Of a DNA stretch of 64,000 nt, positions 1-13,700 are shown one piece after another. The notes under the pieces are model-generated. The model was not told the origin of the DNA. It ran no database searches and saw only the letters and a program-made list of their open reading frames with translations. Made by a program: the position numbers and the translations under genes. The number at the start of each line of letters is the position of its first letter. The first letter of the stretch is position 1. The stretch is from the NCBI GenBank assembly GCA_050084985.1, contig JBITNC010000001.1:107942001-108006000 (forward strand), written 5' to 3'. The stretch is from Nageia nagi. Its lineage: Eukaryota; Plantae; Pinophyta.

Positions 1-2284
1 CAATACCAATCCTATTGAATAAAGAATGGATCCACATATTAGGTGAGTATGATGCCCCATGCTTAGTTGGAGATGAGGGAGAAATGTCAAAGAGTGAAAG
101 TTGCCATTGTCCCCAAAAGGACCAAGACCTTGTAGAACCCATGCATGAAGGTATCCTTAAATATTTTACTTGTGGATCATTCTTTAATGATCAACCAAGC
201 GAGATAGGGTTGGAGAAAGATTGTGTTGATGTTGAACATGACCTCAAACTTAATTCACTGTTGAGGACCAATGATGTCGATGTCAAAGATAGCACCATGA
301 GCCCTGTAGCAGAAACAGGGGAATCCTCTTATCCAAAATATGAAAGGTGAAATCCCTAAGTGCAATGTTGAAATGAATGACTTCTTATTCTCGCAAGAGA
401 AAGAAGATATGGTCGAAGTAAAACAAGTGATGGTAGATGACCTTTTTGATTTGAAAATCAGAGGCATTGTAAAAGCTCTATATAGTAAAGCACATGTACT
501 AGCACACTTTAATGAATATGAGATCTTAGACATGGATGACATTGATATATTAGAAGGGCAACAGGAGTGTACAATAGATGAACCTTTTAGGCTAGAATTT
601 GAAGATGTCAAAGATTCTCTATTTGTTCAAGCACAAGACTCTCACAATAGGATATTGAAGATGCTTTAATTGTTTTTGCACAAGAACGGGTATACAAGGA
701 TTAACATAAGATTGAAGACATTGGTGACACCATGGAGGATACTTGTTATCAAAAGGTAATGAAAGTCGAATGGAGAGAAAATCAGAATATGCATTAGAAG
801 AATATGAATTGATAGTTGATCTTGAGGTTGGTCTTGATAAATATCAAGTTTATACTTCTACAATCCTTATGCCTCAATGTTCATATTTCTCATCTTTAGG
901 CGGTTATCAAGTTTATACTCCTACAATCCTTATGCCTCAATGTTCATATTTCTCATCATTAGGCGATAAGGAGCTTGCAGGTTATGAGAGTCAAGATCAA
1001 GTGGTTGTTACAAGTGAGATGAGGCTAAAGGCATCTCAAGTATTTGATACCTTACACCATGAGTTGGTCTACAAGAAGAGCCTTCCACATATTTCTTTCA
1101 TTGATCCATATCAATTCATCGAAAAGATTCTCACATGGGTTGATTCTTCACAGGTATTGGGTGTGTCCCTCTCAACATGTCAAATCCCTTTGTTGTACTC
1201 ACTCTGTCAATTGCATTTGGTAGTCTAGTGTATATAATGTGCTTGTTTCCCTTTAAAAAAAATAAGCCTCGAAGCTTTTTCATAGGAACTCATCATGAGT
1301 GCAACTGAGCTCAAAAGCTAGTTGCCCTTCTACACGAAGACTACAACTAATGTAGGCACTTTGGGTGATCCTATTGATATTGGTTCCTTGCCCTTCGATG
1401 AAAGTCCGAAAGAAAGATATCATCTCAAGTCATGGATGACAGATAAAAGATGTGAAATTGTCTTTGGACTTAAACTATAAAGCAAGTATCCCAATGGTCG
1501 TTCAAATGACTAGTGAGAATTCACTAACTATAATGGAACCAATAATGCAATCGTGATTGACAATGTCGACACAAACTCATACTTCATTGAACAATGCAAG
1601 TCATTATGCATGCAAAGTTATTTTAGTTTGTCTTAGCTTTATTAGTTTGTCATGGTTTACCTTGTTTTGTTTTAGCTATTGTTGTGCTCAAACACAACAC
1701 AACCCAAAATATGTAATTTTGAAGACCCAACATTTTGTCAAGTCATGATCATCAACACGCTAGAATCATATTCCTTCGAAACCCCACATAGAACCAAGTG
1801 TTGTTCACCCCTCCCAATCATAATCATGATGAACAATATTTGAAGATATCCAAAATTGACTAAGTTTGAGAGATAGGAGAGTCCAAGGAACAATGTCAGA
1901 TAGAAGATAGGAGACCAAGTCCTAGAACCCAAAAAGTTTCATCTTTCTCAACAATATGAACACTTGCTCTGCTTACCACACTTGAACTCATTAATTTTTG
2001 TAAAGGTACTACAAATACCCTAATTTTAATCTTCTCTAATTCCATTTGAATTCATCTTCCTCTTATATAATTCCTACTTATATCTCTTTAGAAGCACTAG
2101 CTTTTGAGCCTTCTTTAAGCAGTAAGAAAGAGGCCCATACTTGTGGCAATAGCCTTTGTTATTAATACTTAGTTTGTAAAATGGATGTTGCAAAAGGTCT
2201 TTATGCAACTAAACTAGAATGGCTGTGATAGGGTTTTCAACAATGTGTTGAAGAAGATCCTCATATTGCTAATTTGCTACTACG
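1..2284 (+). mobile_element. Decayed 3' part of an LTR-retrotransposon-like element; possible LTR ~1712-2284
   Basis: Broken acidic ORFs with no recognisable domain, then a TGTAA...TACTAC(G) segment with LTR-like composition; boundaries unverified. Confidence 0.35.
842..965. repeat. 63-bp tandem duplication
   Basis: tatcaagtttatact...tcatytttaggcg twice (YQVYT.TILMPQCSYFSSLG twice in the ORF track). Confidence 0.9.
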
Positions 2285-4723
2285 TAGATGCTTAGGTCGG
2301 AAATTGTAGTAGGTGATGATTTTCAATAGAATTGGTGACTAATGCTCTACAAACTTAAATAACAATCAGTATCTAAGTTACGAATCTCTGGCAATTGATA
2401 TACATAAAAGAGTCGACAAAAGCACGGTATCGTTAGAAAATACATCATCATCATATGAATATCCAAGCCTACTATACCAACGTAAAGTATATGTTCAGCA
2501 GATCTTTCACAAATGCTACAAGCAAAATAGTTTTGAAAAAAAGGAACACAAACATAGAGATTGGACATCAAAAGAAAGCACAATGATTACAGATTCCAAT
2601 CATGTATTCTGCTTTGTAAGAGAACTGTACAGCCATGTCTAAAATACATCCTATAAGCATATGGCCGTACTATTTACAGAGATGAATAATACCAACAATA
2701 AATACAAATTTTTAATTTATGATACAAAAACAGAGATAAAAGACTCTTGGTCAAGTGAAAGAGATGGTGGAATACATTAACAAATTTAAGGTGAACCCTT
2801 CTAAAGGCTACATAGATATGCTGGTGCCTTGTACATCATCATAAGAGAGCTCCATAAAATATCCATGTTGCCATTACACACAAATTCTAAGGGGGTGCAA
2901 TGAGAGGAGCATTTAAGAAACAACAAATATACAGCTCTCAGAACACAAATATTTTCACAAGCACTACAGGGCTCCCCGAATAAAAGAAGAAGATAGCAGA
3001 TCCCTGTTGAAAGAACTTTAGGTTGATATTTCTCAATGTATGCTTGACCTTGTTGCAGTATTCAAAGATCAGAGGCCCACTGACAGAAAACCTGCACAAA
3101 ATCAAAAACATGAATGACAAACCACAATCAGTGCAGTAACGCTATAGTTTCATCACATGAAATGTTGAAAAGATTACATAAAACCCAATTTCATATCCTA
3201 AGTAGAGGGATCCGAAAGTAGAGGAAAATAAGAGGGATGACTTAAGCGGGAACCCATATAAATATCAGAAAAAAATGTCAAACCAGTTTTCAGGTAGTAG
3301 TAGCTGTTACGCCAATGTTACTTATTTCTCAGATGTTCATCTTTCAGCCATGAAACATTTCAAATTGTTTCGTATATGTATATTTTTGAAAACCATTTTC
3401 TGTATTATAATGAGCAGTTTGTGTGTTGGAAAGTACTTCAAAGGGAGCCTCTTTCAACTTCGTATATTCTATCAGTAATACACTGCTTTCTATCTTTTAA
3501 AGACTAACAAATAACATTGTGCAGGAAAAGAAATAATTGTGAAAATATGTTTTCTAAAATCATCTATGAGAAAAACCCGTAATCATGACAATTATATAAA
3601 TAAGAGAGGATGGTGAATCATCAAATAAATATTTACTTATGTAGATTAGTATTTGGAACAGTAGAAACAGCTCAATACTTCCACAAAGCACCATCTTTGC
3701 ATATTTTGCAACAACATGAAATAAGATGGGAAATGAGAATAAATCCCATCAACAAACCTACAAATTCAGAATCATTCAAGGAAAGAAATATCACAGGCAA
3801 ACATAAACACATTATTGACACCAACTGATGTCTACCCTTGTCAGATACCTGCAAAACATTGCCAGCACATCTTCTGATTTGATTCCTCGTCTCCTGCTGC
3901 TCCTGCTTGGAATATTTTATAAAATATCAAACATTTATTCATGAACAAGGCTTTCAATGATTTCTATAACATTCCTTGAAAGACCTGAAGTTTGTAATAT
4001 TTGGTATGGCCAACAAGAATTAATATTATAAACTTAAAATATATGACTGGAACACCACAGAAACAACCAGAGATCAAAATAATCTAGAGCTAAAAGCATA
4101 AAGAAACTAAACCAAAAAAGAGGTTAATTAAACAGGCAAACCACAGACAACTAATCAAATGCAAAATCCATATAAAAAGCAATCATGTGAGATGAAGAAA
4201 AGTCTAAATAATTGCCTATGATGTGTTTAAAAATCAATTCACAGGAATACGAAGACATGAATCTAAATTTGACAAACTAAACTTCTCAAGCAACCATAAT
4301 CAACCACATGATCAACTGAGATGATCCCTTAAACTTAAAGAGTGGTATCAATATTATGGTAGAAAAAACTCGCCGGACATGAGCAATACAATAAACTAAA
4401 AAACTTTGTGGCCCGTAATTTTGCAATGCTAGATAACACAGCTGAGAGCTCAATCTCCTCCAGTTATATATATCACATCTGGTCTTAAACTCAGCAATGG
4501 CAGTTTAGAGATTTCTTCAATTCTTTTGTGTTTCTGGGGTAATTAATTCAAGCACAATAAAGATACATTTTGATGTATCCACCCTCAAACAAATGAAGAA
4601 AGATAGGGTCCCTACTTTCTCAGTCCACAAATTCTCATATCTGGATAGAAATAAATAATGTTAAATATGAAGTAGAAATAAGGTGTTGCGAACCTTGAAG
4701 AATCGATTATAATTAATGTGTAG

Positions 4724-4798
4724 CTAAATTATGAAGATAGCATCCCTTGTTGTCTGAAGAAGCACATGTGAGCTATGATCAAGCCCATGAGAGACAAC
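4724..4798 (-). CDS. PRT6: PRT6 exon 17 (last coding exon)
   Basis: VVSHGLDHSSHVLLQTTRDAIFII*. Confidence 0.9.
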   Translation of the reverse strand, partial: VVSHGLDHSSHVLLQTTRDAIFII

Positions 4799-7700
4799 CT
4801 GTTTCATTGTGGAGAAGTATATATCAATTCTCAACCCAATTCCAAATCAAAAACAGAACTTGAACTACAAACATTAATAACACCATACCATTTGTGTAAG
4901 AGCAGCATAGCGTTCCCTGCTCAGATACAAAGGTTTTCCTCTCAGCATATCATAGTCCTACACGAAAGATATTCAGGCTAATTCAGTATCCATGCATTAC
5001 CCACCACTTACAATTGAGTAGCATATCCTACATTCAGATAAGCTCTTCTTGCTAGAAATGATAATCAACAAACATGTGACTTAAATAGAAAACATTAAAA
5101 CTTTCCTCAATCAATGGTAGCAATTTATGTTAACCCCTATTTACATTGAGTAAAACAACAATGATGACCCATTATGCAGACATTTTATCAGTTCTGTGGT
5201 AATCTGAATGCCTATGTCGAGATGAGTATTTTGTTAACCATGCTTCCTCAACTGTATCATTGATTCATTAGACACCTAGAAAGCCAACAGAAACCTAAGA
5301 AGCCAATGTATCATTCAAAGGCTTACCTCTGCAATTCCTAGCTATTATGTATAGACTCTCAACCTAATGGCATATTTATTTCTTATGAGAACACAGATTG
5401 CTTTTGGAAGAAAAAAGGGTGAACTAATGTTTCTATGAAAACTTTGGAAAATGTTAATCTAGTTCATCTGGTAGGTCGGCACAAGCCAAACGACAGAACA
5501 TTGTGATGATCTCCAGCACAGCATAATCATTAAATCTGCGACAGCAGAAGAAGAAGAATAAAATATAGTATCTTTGCGTACAGAACAGATTGAAATGCTG
5601 ACCAGCCGCAATAATTTTATGGAACAAAGAATTTGAGGCTCTTGAGATTAAGCTCAATCCCAACAATACTAATAGTGACTAAAGATAAGACATTAGTAAG
5701 CTCGGCTCCCAAACTTAAAGTGAGACATCTTTGCTTATATAACCATCGACCAACAGATGCTGAATTACAATTCGGTGTCCAGGAGGGGTGGGAGGGGTGG
5801 GAAAAGTTGCGAAGATTGCTGGATAATGGAGTAAGTAATTAGTACTATTTTAATTTCCCTTGAGTATTTTAATTACAAGTATGTATAAGATTTATATTTT
5901 TTTATTTTATTTTTGGATCAGTGCAAGAAGTTGAGTCGGATTTCTTCATTCGATTCTGACTATGGGTCCCACAGATTGAACACAAATACTCACCATAAAA
6001 ACCTCAATGCCAGTCGACCAAAAAACCCCATAATAAAAATTTGCAAGGGTTCTTGAATCTGAATCCCTGAAGGAAATCAAGTCGAGAGGCATGATACAAC
6101 TCAAACAATCATTCCAAACCATGGAATGTAATAAAGCATATGCCATCCACAAGTTCAGAAAAGCAGGAAGAATGACACCCTTTGTTGACCAATGTAGAAA
6201 CTTCAAGAATTTACTCAGCAATAGGAATAACAACAAATTGATAACGTAAACTATAATTGAAATGCTGTTGAAAAGGATGTACACAATGTTTTAAAGGTCA
6301 GCATTATTCATATTTCATGTCTCAATTTGATTGAAATCACAAACCATTGAAATTGTATGTAGCCAAATTCAACTTAAAACTTGGGTTAAACAAGATAGCC
6401 ACACTGCAAGGGAAAGATTTAGGTGGCCTTCATCTTACATGTATCCTAAAGTGTCTGGGATAAGCATGCCCAAATATAACTCAACCATAAAGGTAACAAA
6501 ATCACCAAGCAAGCTTAAGTAGTAACAAGGTGTAGGGCTTCCTGGCCATTTGAAGAAAATAATATGCAACTGAAAATCTTGCACAAGATTGAAAGTAAAC
6601 AATGTTCTACAATTGTTATGCCACAAAAAATAGTAATATACAGTTCAATTACATCTCAAGTAACATGGTAAACAGTTGCACAGTCACTTAAGAGCCGCCT
6701 GCAGGAACACAGTCAGCACAGGTACGATTGTTTGAAATGCAGAAACCCTACCAGGGAGAGGCGGCTAGGGTTGTATGTTTGATAGGAATCAGGGACTGTT
6801 TCCCTCTTCATCTCATACATTTTGTGTGGCGATGGAGGATTTTGTTTTGTTTCCTCATGTTGTTACAAAGCAGATGCGGGCATTGCGGGCCTGTAAGGCT
6901 TTTTATTTTTTGGATGGAAAAGTCGAGGGGTTGTTTGTAGAAGCGGCTGTTTCAAAATGCTGGCAGATCTCTAGTGGAAGGGAGACGTTGGGTGCTAGTT
7001 TTGTTGGGGCATTGTGGGCCTGTTTGTTTGAGGTTGAAAACCATGGGAGGGTCGTGGGACAAGAAATATATCCAGTTTGGTTCATGAAAACAAGTGGCCA
7101 GGGAAGGATGATGATTCTCTTGGTTCTCTTTAAGAGAAACGCTGGGAGAGCTGTGTTGCAGCAAGTTGTGCGGAAAATGGTCGAGGAATCTCTTGGCCAG
7201 GCCCCCTTGTTTCAAATGGTTTCCCGTGAGTGGACTCTGGATCTGCTAAGAGAGCGCAAAAGGGGCTTTTGGCTGCAGATTCACGGAAAGAATGACGAAG
7301 GGTGTGGTTTCTGTTTGACATCCTGAAGGTTTTAGAACCTGGAAGACACAGTGGGCAATTTGAGGAGGAGAATACACATTTCATTATCCGGTGAATCCTT
7401 TGGAAGCTATGGATGGTGATCTTTAGAGCTCAGGACAAAATGCAGGCGAGGACTCATCTTTTCAACACCAGGTGTTGGAGTGGCATGCCTGCGGGATGCT
7501 GGGTGACTAATGCAGTGTTCTTTTTGGTGCGAAGGGCCTAATGTAGGGCGATGGACTATCTAAAGACAACCTCTTCTTGTAAGCAGATGACCTAATTGTG
7601 ATCGGGAGGATGGTTGCAGTGATCTTGGGGGTTTGGATTTTTTGTACTCCTTGTTTTCCCTGCAGGTTTCAGTTTCTTTCTAGTGGTGACCTACATTGTG

Positions 7701-10700
7701 ATTGGGAGGGCGGTTGCAGTGGTCTGAGGCTCTGAAATCTCTACTTTCCCTCTGGAAACCCTTTGAGGGGTTCAGATTCAAACTGGTGGCCAAATGGGAG
7801 GCAGGTAGCCCCTATTGGTTAAAAGACTCGATGCAGCACCGGTTTCATGGATCTTTTCTCAGGAGAACTGTTGAGCCTCTGGACCTACCCGGATCTTTTG
7901 ATACCTGTTTCGAGATTTGGCTGACCTTAGGAGGAGGCAGAGATCTCCTCGGAATCCATTTTGAAATCTTTCCTGGTTCTATTATTTACGTTTTTCTGTC
8001 TTTTCAGGTTTTTTTTATTCTGTTTTGCTTAGCAGGGTCATCCTTTAGACCTGCTAGATTGAATCGGTAGCTGTTTTTTTTGTTGGCGTACATTCAATAT
8101 CCTAAAAGGTTACTGGAGCCTTTCAAAACCCCTGGTTGTAAAAGGTTTAAAGATCCTTTCAAAACACTTGTTTCCATTATAATAAAAAAAAACATGGTAA
8201 ATAGTTGCAGCATATACAGCACCTCTTGAAGAGGCATTCGAATATTAAGTTGCATGTGCAACTGAACCATAATTAATCACGAGTGTCAAGGTTTTTGCAG
8301 ACACATCATGAGTAGATTCAAGGTATCAATCAACAGTATTACTGTTCCCTAGATATACATCCCTTCCCATCACCTAACCAATATGTTTACTCATTGACAT
8401 AATGATACAAACCCTATTTGAATGAATGCTTACCTTCTTCTGGTGATCTTCCATTGCTCTACTAGTTATAATTTGAATTGACCCTTTGGATTATATTCCA
8501 TTATAAAGAAAATACTGAAGGTATTTTTATAAAAAATAGCAGGACAGATGCTTCTCACAGTCAAATAAAAAAATTTAAGATCACTATAGACATAATTTGA
8601 TAAACTAAACCAAAAATATTCAACATGATCGATCCGATCATGCTGAAAAATAGTTGGGACATATGAACTTAGCGTAGCAGAAAAAAAAGATTCAAAGACT
8701 AAAGACCTCTTCCGTAATTTTCCATGATTAATGATCAATTACCTCCTCTCCAAACGCATCCAAGTATGGGGATGGCCATGGTGCTTGACGTGTAGATCTT
8801 TGAAGCAAAATATTAGTTCTCTGGTAAAAGAGAATAATTCCAATCAGTACCAATAAACAATGCTTTCAAGAAATGCAAATTACTTGTAGATGCATTAATT
8901 CGTACAACAATGAATTTCCGAGTTTTGATAAAAATGCTTACTCTTATCAGCAAGAATACTCCAACACCAGCACCGCAGCTCATTGCATGTTGGATACACT
9001 CGTTTTGCCTGCATATGGAAATAAATATTCAATAGATACTAACACTGCAAATTATATTAGGTTATGCTGAAATAAATATAAATAATAAATTAGATAGCTA
9101 CTTATTTATACACGACTAACCTGCAGCAAGGACGACGACTTGGGGCACAACAAAGAGTACCACAAAGCAGGCACAATGCTGGTTGATCTGGTACAGTTTT
9201 ACACACAGGACAGCGCTCTTTTATGTACCTAGGGATTAATGTCAAAAACAGATATAGTTAAATTATCGAAAAGATGACCCAGTGTAACAAGAGATTTGAC
9301 AAAAGGAAGTTCCAATACCGTTGCAACAGATCTTGGTAAAGATGTGGCAGACGCATGAGTTCAAATGGACGTGCAGGAAGACATCGCACAACATGCTTGT
9401 AAGTCCGAGATCCTCTTTCCCTAGATAAGTGATGACACCATTGTAAGGCAAGGGCATGGACGTTTTTATCTTCGAGAATTGTTTCAAAAGCTGGAAGCCG
9501 GAATAGCTTTTCTAGCCATTGAAGCTCTTCCAGTTCTTTTAACATATCATATTTGCTATCCATAATGTCATTACCCATATGTCCTGTTGATTTGTCCCCA
9601 TCATCAGCCTCATGAAAATGAACTGATGACGGGTACAACAATTTGTATAGCAAGGCACACCTCCGTAGATATGGTAAGGTCAAACGGCGAATTAGCAATT
9701 CTGTAGGAACTAACAAAAGGTCTGCATCATCCGTCTCCAAATATATTTGGCTTACCATAGTCCCTGACAATACTGTAGAGATACTTATGATAAAGGATTG
9801 AGAACCAGATTTCAAGTCCAAATCAGGAAAAATTGATTTTCCAGCATATGCAATTGCCTGCAACAAATAAGATGAACAATGCATCAACAGAATTTGGTAG
9901 AAACAGGGGCATCATATGAAAAGTGAAATATGATTTTAAAACTTAACCTGAATTACCTGAACTAGACACACAAGATAGAAAACGTGCACAAGAGATATAA
10001 ATCGTTCGATTTCGTTTGGCAGAGGAATAGGAAGGCAAAATAACAACCAAACAAATGATGAAAAGGGATCATGAATAAGCACGGGATCTGCCATTCGTTT
10101 CCAAAATTGAATGTCTGGATACTCTTTGCCCTTGTTGATGTGTTCAAGAAGTGAGGAAATGTTACCTGCTTAACAAAAATATTTAGGTGAACTTCTTACA
10201 TAAAAAAACAGTGTTTACAATAAAATACTATTCAACCATTTTATTAATATGATATTATCATATACTATGAATAGCTTCTAAAGTTATTTGTTATTCAAAA
10301 AGATTTAAGGAATATTCAAAACTCCAGCTTCTACCAGTCGAAGAATTTGCAGAGACTGTGTCTCTGGAAACACCACAACTTATGGACCCAACAAGAAGTT
10401 GCATTCCTCTTGATCTTAGTAACACAGTAAGGCGATTTTGTCTCTGTGTAGCTTTAGCCACCTGAAAAATTAATGACAATATAGAACCCCTGGTACAGTT
10501 GACGGCATTATGAAGGGCTTCCAAACTGGTTGCAGATCCTCCAGCACTCGCTCCTGGGTTTGATGAGCGAGCAGCCAATTCTGCTGCTAACAAGGAGTAC
10601 CTAAAAACATCCCAAAGAACCAAGCTTTGATTGATTCTTGGAGATTCAGCCTTGGAAATGCTTTTGCCTGGTAAGTATAATTCATACAGCTTTTGTGAGA

Positions 10701-13700
10701 AGGAATCAATTGCCACTTTTGCAGATTCAGGAAGATCGCATGAAACAGCTTTGTGATATCCTCGTTTGCTACTCAGCTCTTCAGCATTCTGAAGCAAAGA
10801 CAAAGCTTCATCAAGTTGAAGCCTCTTGAGACCAGCAGATGATGTCATAGAAGATTCTCCGTAATACAATATCTGAGGCATAGCTGAAGTGCGGCCATCA
10901 GGAAGTACAGGCAAAACAGAATTTGCCAGGCGCCGACAAACAGGGCATAGAAATTCACCCTAGCCAGAAAAGTTAAGTCACTCTGAATTTGCTAATGTTT
11001 ATGCTATGAAATTAAGGAAAATGAAATAAGCCTCACGAAAAAATAAGCTTCAGTGCTAATTATAAAATATGCACCAAAGAACTTTGTTACCTGACTTGGG
11101 TCAACAATATGAACCCCTTCGAAGATAATCCTGCTGCTATACCTGTTATTTTGACCCACATAACAATGTAAATGAATAACACATCGTCACAAAACAGAAG
11201 AAAAATTATCATCTCTTCCTCCAAGCATAACAAAAGCTTTCGGTCTACCAATCATGCTCTTCCAATATCCATACAATAATGATACTGAAAATCAAAACTC
11301 AAAATTAAGTTCTAAAAATCTGTAACAAGGCCATTTAACATAAGCAAGAGAAATAAATTTATGTTTGACCTTAGCAAACAAAAGTCCCATACATGACATC
11401 TGAATTTTTTCTAGAGTGCTAGAAGAAAACTCAAAATTAATTTCTAAAAATCTGTAACAAGGCCATTTAACGTAACCAAGAGAAATAAATTTATGTTTGA
11501 CCTTAGCAAACAAACGTCCCATACATGACATCTGAATTTTTCTAGAGTGCTAGAAGAAAACTCAACATTAATTTCTAAAAATCTGTAACAAGGCCATTTA
11601 ACGTAACCAAGAGAAATAAATTTATGTTTGACCTTAGCAAACAAACGTCCCATACATGACATCTGAATTTTTCTAGAGTGCTAGAAGAAAACTCAAAATT
11701 AAGTTCTAAAAATCTGTAACAAGGCCATTTAACGTATTCAAGAGAAATAAATTTATGTTTGACCTAAGCAAACAAACGTCCCATACATGACATCTGAATT
11801 TTTCTAGAGTGCTAGAAGAAAACTCAAAATTAAGTTCTAAAAATCTGTAACAAGGCCATTTAACGTATTCAAGAGAAATAAATTTATATTTGACCTAAGC
11901 AAACAAACGTCCCTTACATGACATCTGAATTTTTCTAGAGTGCTAGAAGATTCAGCCGCTTTAGTCAAAAATGATGTTGATATTAATACTGTTATGACTA
12001 CATAAGGTAATCGTTACATAATATATAGACAAACACAAGAATACAGCATTAATCATTGATGGCTTTGAAATTATTAAAGCTGATGCCAAATGTAATATAA
12101 CTAGAAAGAAATTTTATTAATGTCCACACGTGACCAAATACGGTCAATGGGACTAGAGAGGACATGAATGATAGAATAAAAAGTGGAACCCACAGTAGGT
12201 CTCTCCTAAATAAAGCGGAAAATAACTAGCTAAAAATAGAGTACAATTGAAGGTCAAAACCCTAAAGAAGGGAAATAATAAGAGGATGAAGCGCACAAGC
12301 GGTCATGACTGCCATCCGGTGGAGCTTGTTGGCACTCATGATCAAGTCGGTGGTAGTGCTGTTGAAGAAGAAAGGCAAAATCCGACAAGTCTGCAAAGGG
12401 AAGTCTCTGATGTAGAGGGCCACACATCATTGGTCGGGATACTGAAAGGTGGTGAAAAGTGAGCTATAAGAATCACGGAAGAGGCACTGGTATCGACCCT
12501 ATATCTCATAGTACCTAGTACAACGAGAAATGAAGTGCTCCTCTAACTCCATCTCACGTGAACATAATTGACAAACTCACAAGTTACGTCGCAAGTCACG
12601 ATGTAACTGATGATTTGTCTTTATCCGCAACTGGTATGAATGCACTTGAAACTGTCCGATGAACATCCTCAATCCAAGTGCTAGGTGCAGGCTGATATAT
12701 CCAGGAGGAAGAATAAGTCCACCACTTATCGAAAGAAAATGCTGAGAATAGTATGCCAGCTTGGGCATGAGAGGCTGTTGGGGCATGACCCATGAGGTCT
12801 GGATGAAGGATCGATAGAGTGTCTCACAAATCTGGGCCAAAGAGCAAACCACTGAACTTGTTCCTGCTGGGTTCGGGTCCAAAGAGGCAGGGGACAGTAA
12901 CAAGGAGACGAAAGGAGTGCGTTCCCATAACCAAGGCCCAGCAGCTCCTGGTGGGTTTGGGGTCCAAAGAGTCAGGAGACAGTGACAAAGAGATGAAGGT
13001 GCAGATAGATTTGAAGGCACAGCCAGAATTGAAGGAGCTTTCAGGGTCTGAGAAGGAGGCGACTCCACCTATGGAGAACAAAAAGGGTAAAAGAAAGGTG
13101 CAAACCGTGCTTACAGGCAACATTGCTAAGTGTAGCAAACGTTCTACCCGCCTTCAAGACTTAGCCAGGAAGAAAGCAATTGAAGACTCGGAGGAATACT
13201 CCAAGGAAGAAGAGGCAGTTTCGAAGGACAACCAATTCAGCAAGGAAGGAATAGAAGGCGGCGAACCCAGCCACCAAAGGAAGACACTAGAGACACTACC
13301 GCAGCAGTATGAGGCCGCCCAAGAGGCAGCAATTCGTGAGGAGATAAATTTTAAACTGTTCAACGGGCTTTCCAGGACTCTGGTCAGCACTATTGCCTGT
13401 TTGAACCTTTTGACCAATGAAGTGGCCTTATATGTTACTTTTACACGCAGAATTATGGAGGAAATGGGCCCCAGGAGATCCAAGAAATGCTTTAGGGGGA
13501 TGGTCAGGAATAGTTATAGTGATTCATAGTTTATTATTAGTACCGCCTATGTTTTTTTATTTCCTTTATTAATATTTTGTCTTGCGAGCTATAAGAAGGC
13601 AGCCATTTTATGGAAGTGTTACACAGGATGATGGAAAAGCTGAATAGTATACAAACAGCCTATTTTGTACAGGTTTGAGGAGCCTCCAACCCCCCCCTTT

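Noticed and set aside
5946-6630. Possible decayed LINE RT fragment or small gene in intron 15
   Set aside because: No convincing motif, TSD or tail visible.
6728-8070. ORFs in the intron-15 element as a nested host gene
   Set aside because: Enclosed by a TSD and poly(A), with no recognisable domain or splice structure.
11292-11662. Repeated short ORFs (MSCMGRLF...)
   Set aside because: By-product of the 131-bp minisatellite; the period is not a multiple of 3.
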